Shown piece after piece: positions 62,755-64,000 of a DNA stretch of 64,000 nucleotides. A program made the position numbers and the translations under genes. Origin of the DNA: Marsupella aquatica (taxonomy: Eukaryota > Plantae > Marchantiophyta); contig OZ316899.1 in assembly GCA_973895155.1 (NCBI GenBank), positions 2,007,573-2,071,572 on the forward strand, written 5' to 3'. Numbering within the stretch: position 1 is the stretch's first letter; each line of letters starts with the position of its first letter. The notes beneath the pieces were generated by a model. It was not told the origin of the DNA. It was given only the letters and a program-made list of their open reading frames with translations, and made no database searches.

Positions 62755-64000
62755 CCACTGCAGCTATTTGTGTCACTTACCTTTTGCTCGAATTTCCCCT
62801 TTGTTGCTACTCTGGCTTTGCTGCTACTTTGGTTGTTGATCTTCACCCACCCACTTGCCTACTCAATCAAGTGTGTATAGCTTTGTCTCTGCGTCTGTTT
62901 TTGCTCTCTTCGTCCCTCCCCTTGAAATTGTGGGCCTTAAAAAGTTCACTTGGCTTATGTAGTTTTTATGTCCCTCTGCTATGTTAATGCGCGCTTGATT
63001 GCATTAGGGCGTCAATTGCCGTTTGCCTATAACCAGTCTGCTCATTCTCTGTCCACTCATCTGATGTAATTCTTCCCGTTGCCGCCCAATGTTGTGATTT
63101 TGTGCTTTGTCTGGAATGCTATGGTGCCCATGCTACAATTTGTGGTTTCTGTCTAAGCACAAATCCTCTTTGTGCCTAGTCTCTGTGTCCCGTCATTTGG
63201 ATTGATTGTGCGAACGTTTCCTCTTCTCCTGGCCCTTGTCATCCACCAGCCATAGCACATTGGATTGTTTTCAAAGGAGGGATGTGTAGTTCAAAGGGTT
63301 TGTAGTGCAAACAAATTTTCTGCTGCTGTTTGGACTAGGGGCAATGGAAAGCTGCTTCTAAAATTTGATAGATCACAAGAAAGGAGCTTTCTACATATTC
63401 TGGAACTCATGCTATCATTCCTAGGGTAATATGAATATACTGTCTCCCTTTGGGTGTCAAAAGGCTGCGATTTGTGCTTTATGTCTTGCTGGAGTTTTGT
63501 TGCTCTCTGTGCTTTGTTGTGCACATATATTGTTGTGTTAGCTTTGTTTGCTGTGATCGGTCTTACCTTGCTGAGTACTAGTTTTACACCCTGTGATCCA
63601 ACTTCATTCCCTACAAATAAATGGACACAACACTGTGATTGCCCCAGTGATTTTCTTTCTCTGTCCTTTGCATTCAGCTTGTGGGTCGGTTTTGTTATGA
63701 TTTGATTGGGTGATTGTTTTGGAGTTGTAGCCGTGGTCAAAAGCACGTCTATTAAAAAAAATTCATGGATCTCAGGTTGCCATTGTATATAAAGCGCGAC
63801 AGGATCCAGAACTGCCTGCAGTCCTAGCAAATCATACATGCTCACAGGATAGGAGTTCAAGAAGTCTTCACAGTTTATCTCATTTTTGTAGAATCTGAGA
63901 TGTTGCTGGCCTAAGAGACGAGTTTCCCTTAAGAGTCAAGGACGTCATCAGTGTCATCATCAGTGTGGGCCATGTAATACAGTTGACAATGGTGGCAAGT

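Noticed and set aside
63291-63860. 189-aa minus-strand ORF as a gene
   Set aside because: No recognisable motif, no homologue in the window, and no ATG at the predicted start.

Overview
Land-plant nuclear DNA (Arabidopsis-type CCCTAAA repeats, GT-AG introns; probably a large-genome non-seed plant, by inference), made almost entirely of nested transposable elements, with no intact host gene recognised. 1-16.4 kb: end of a Ty1/copia element interrupted by a 14,958-bp CACTA element (586-15543, AAA TSD). This CACTA carries an EDM2-like triple-PHD gene fragment and a 4,014-bp solo LTR (7073-11086, GAAGG TSD) containing an intact 882-aa ORF. 16.4-23.4 kb: deleted Ty3/gypsy of the same LTR family. 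23.4-38 kb: a second, decayed CACTA interrupted by a Ty3/gypsy with unusual AG...CT termini (25295-30307, CATTG TSD), followed by F-box-like and tandem-BRCT remnants. Main discovery: a 21,911-bp DNA transposon (39697-61607; GGG...CCC ends, imperfect TIRs, 8-bp TSD CCTGCGAC) holding two diverged copies of a divergent cassette, [Mutator-like DDE transposase with SWIM finger] <- -> [intron-containing ParB-like + N4/N6 DNA-methyltransferase-like fusion]. The non-coding DNA of each cassette carries its own palindrome (A: TAGCGCCNGGCGCTA; B: TAGCGANNTCGCTA). This suggests a transposon-encoded, sequence-specific self-recognition system (parS/ParB-like or anti-silencing). All four genes in this copy carry frameshifts or stops. 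Domain calls are by-eye motif recognition, not database searches.
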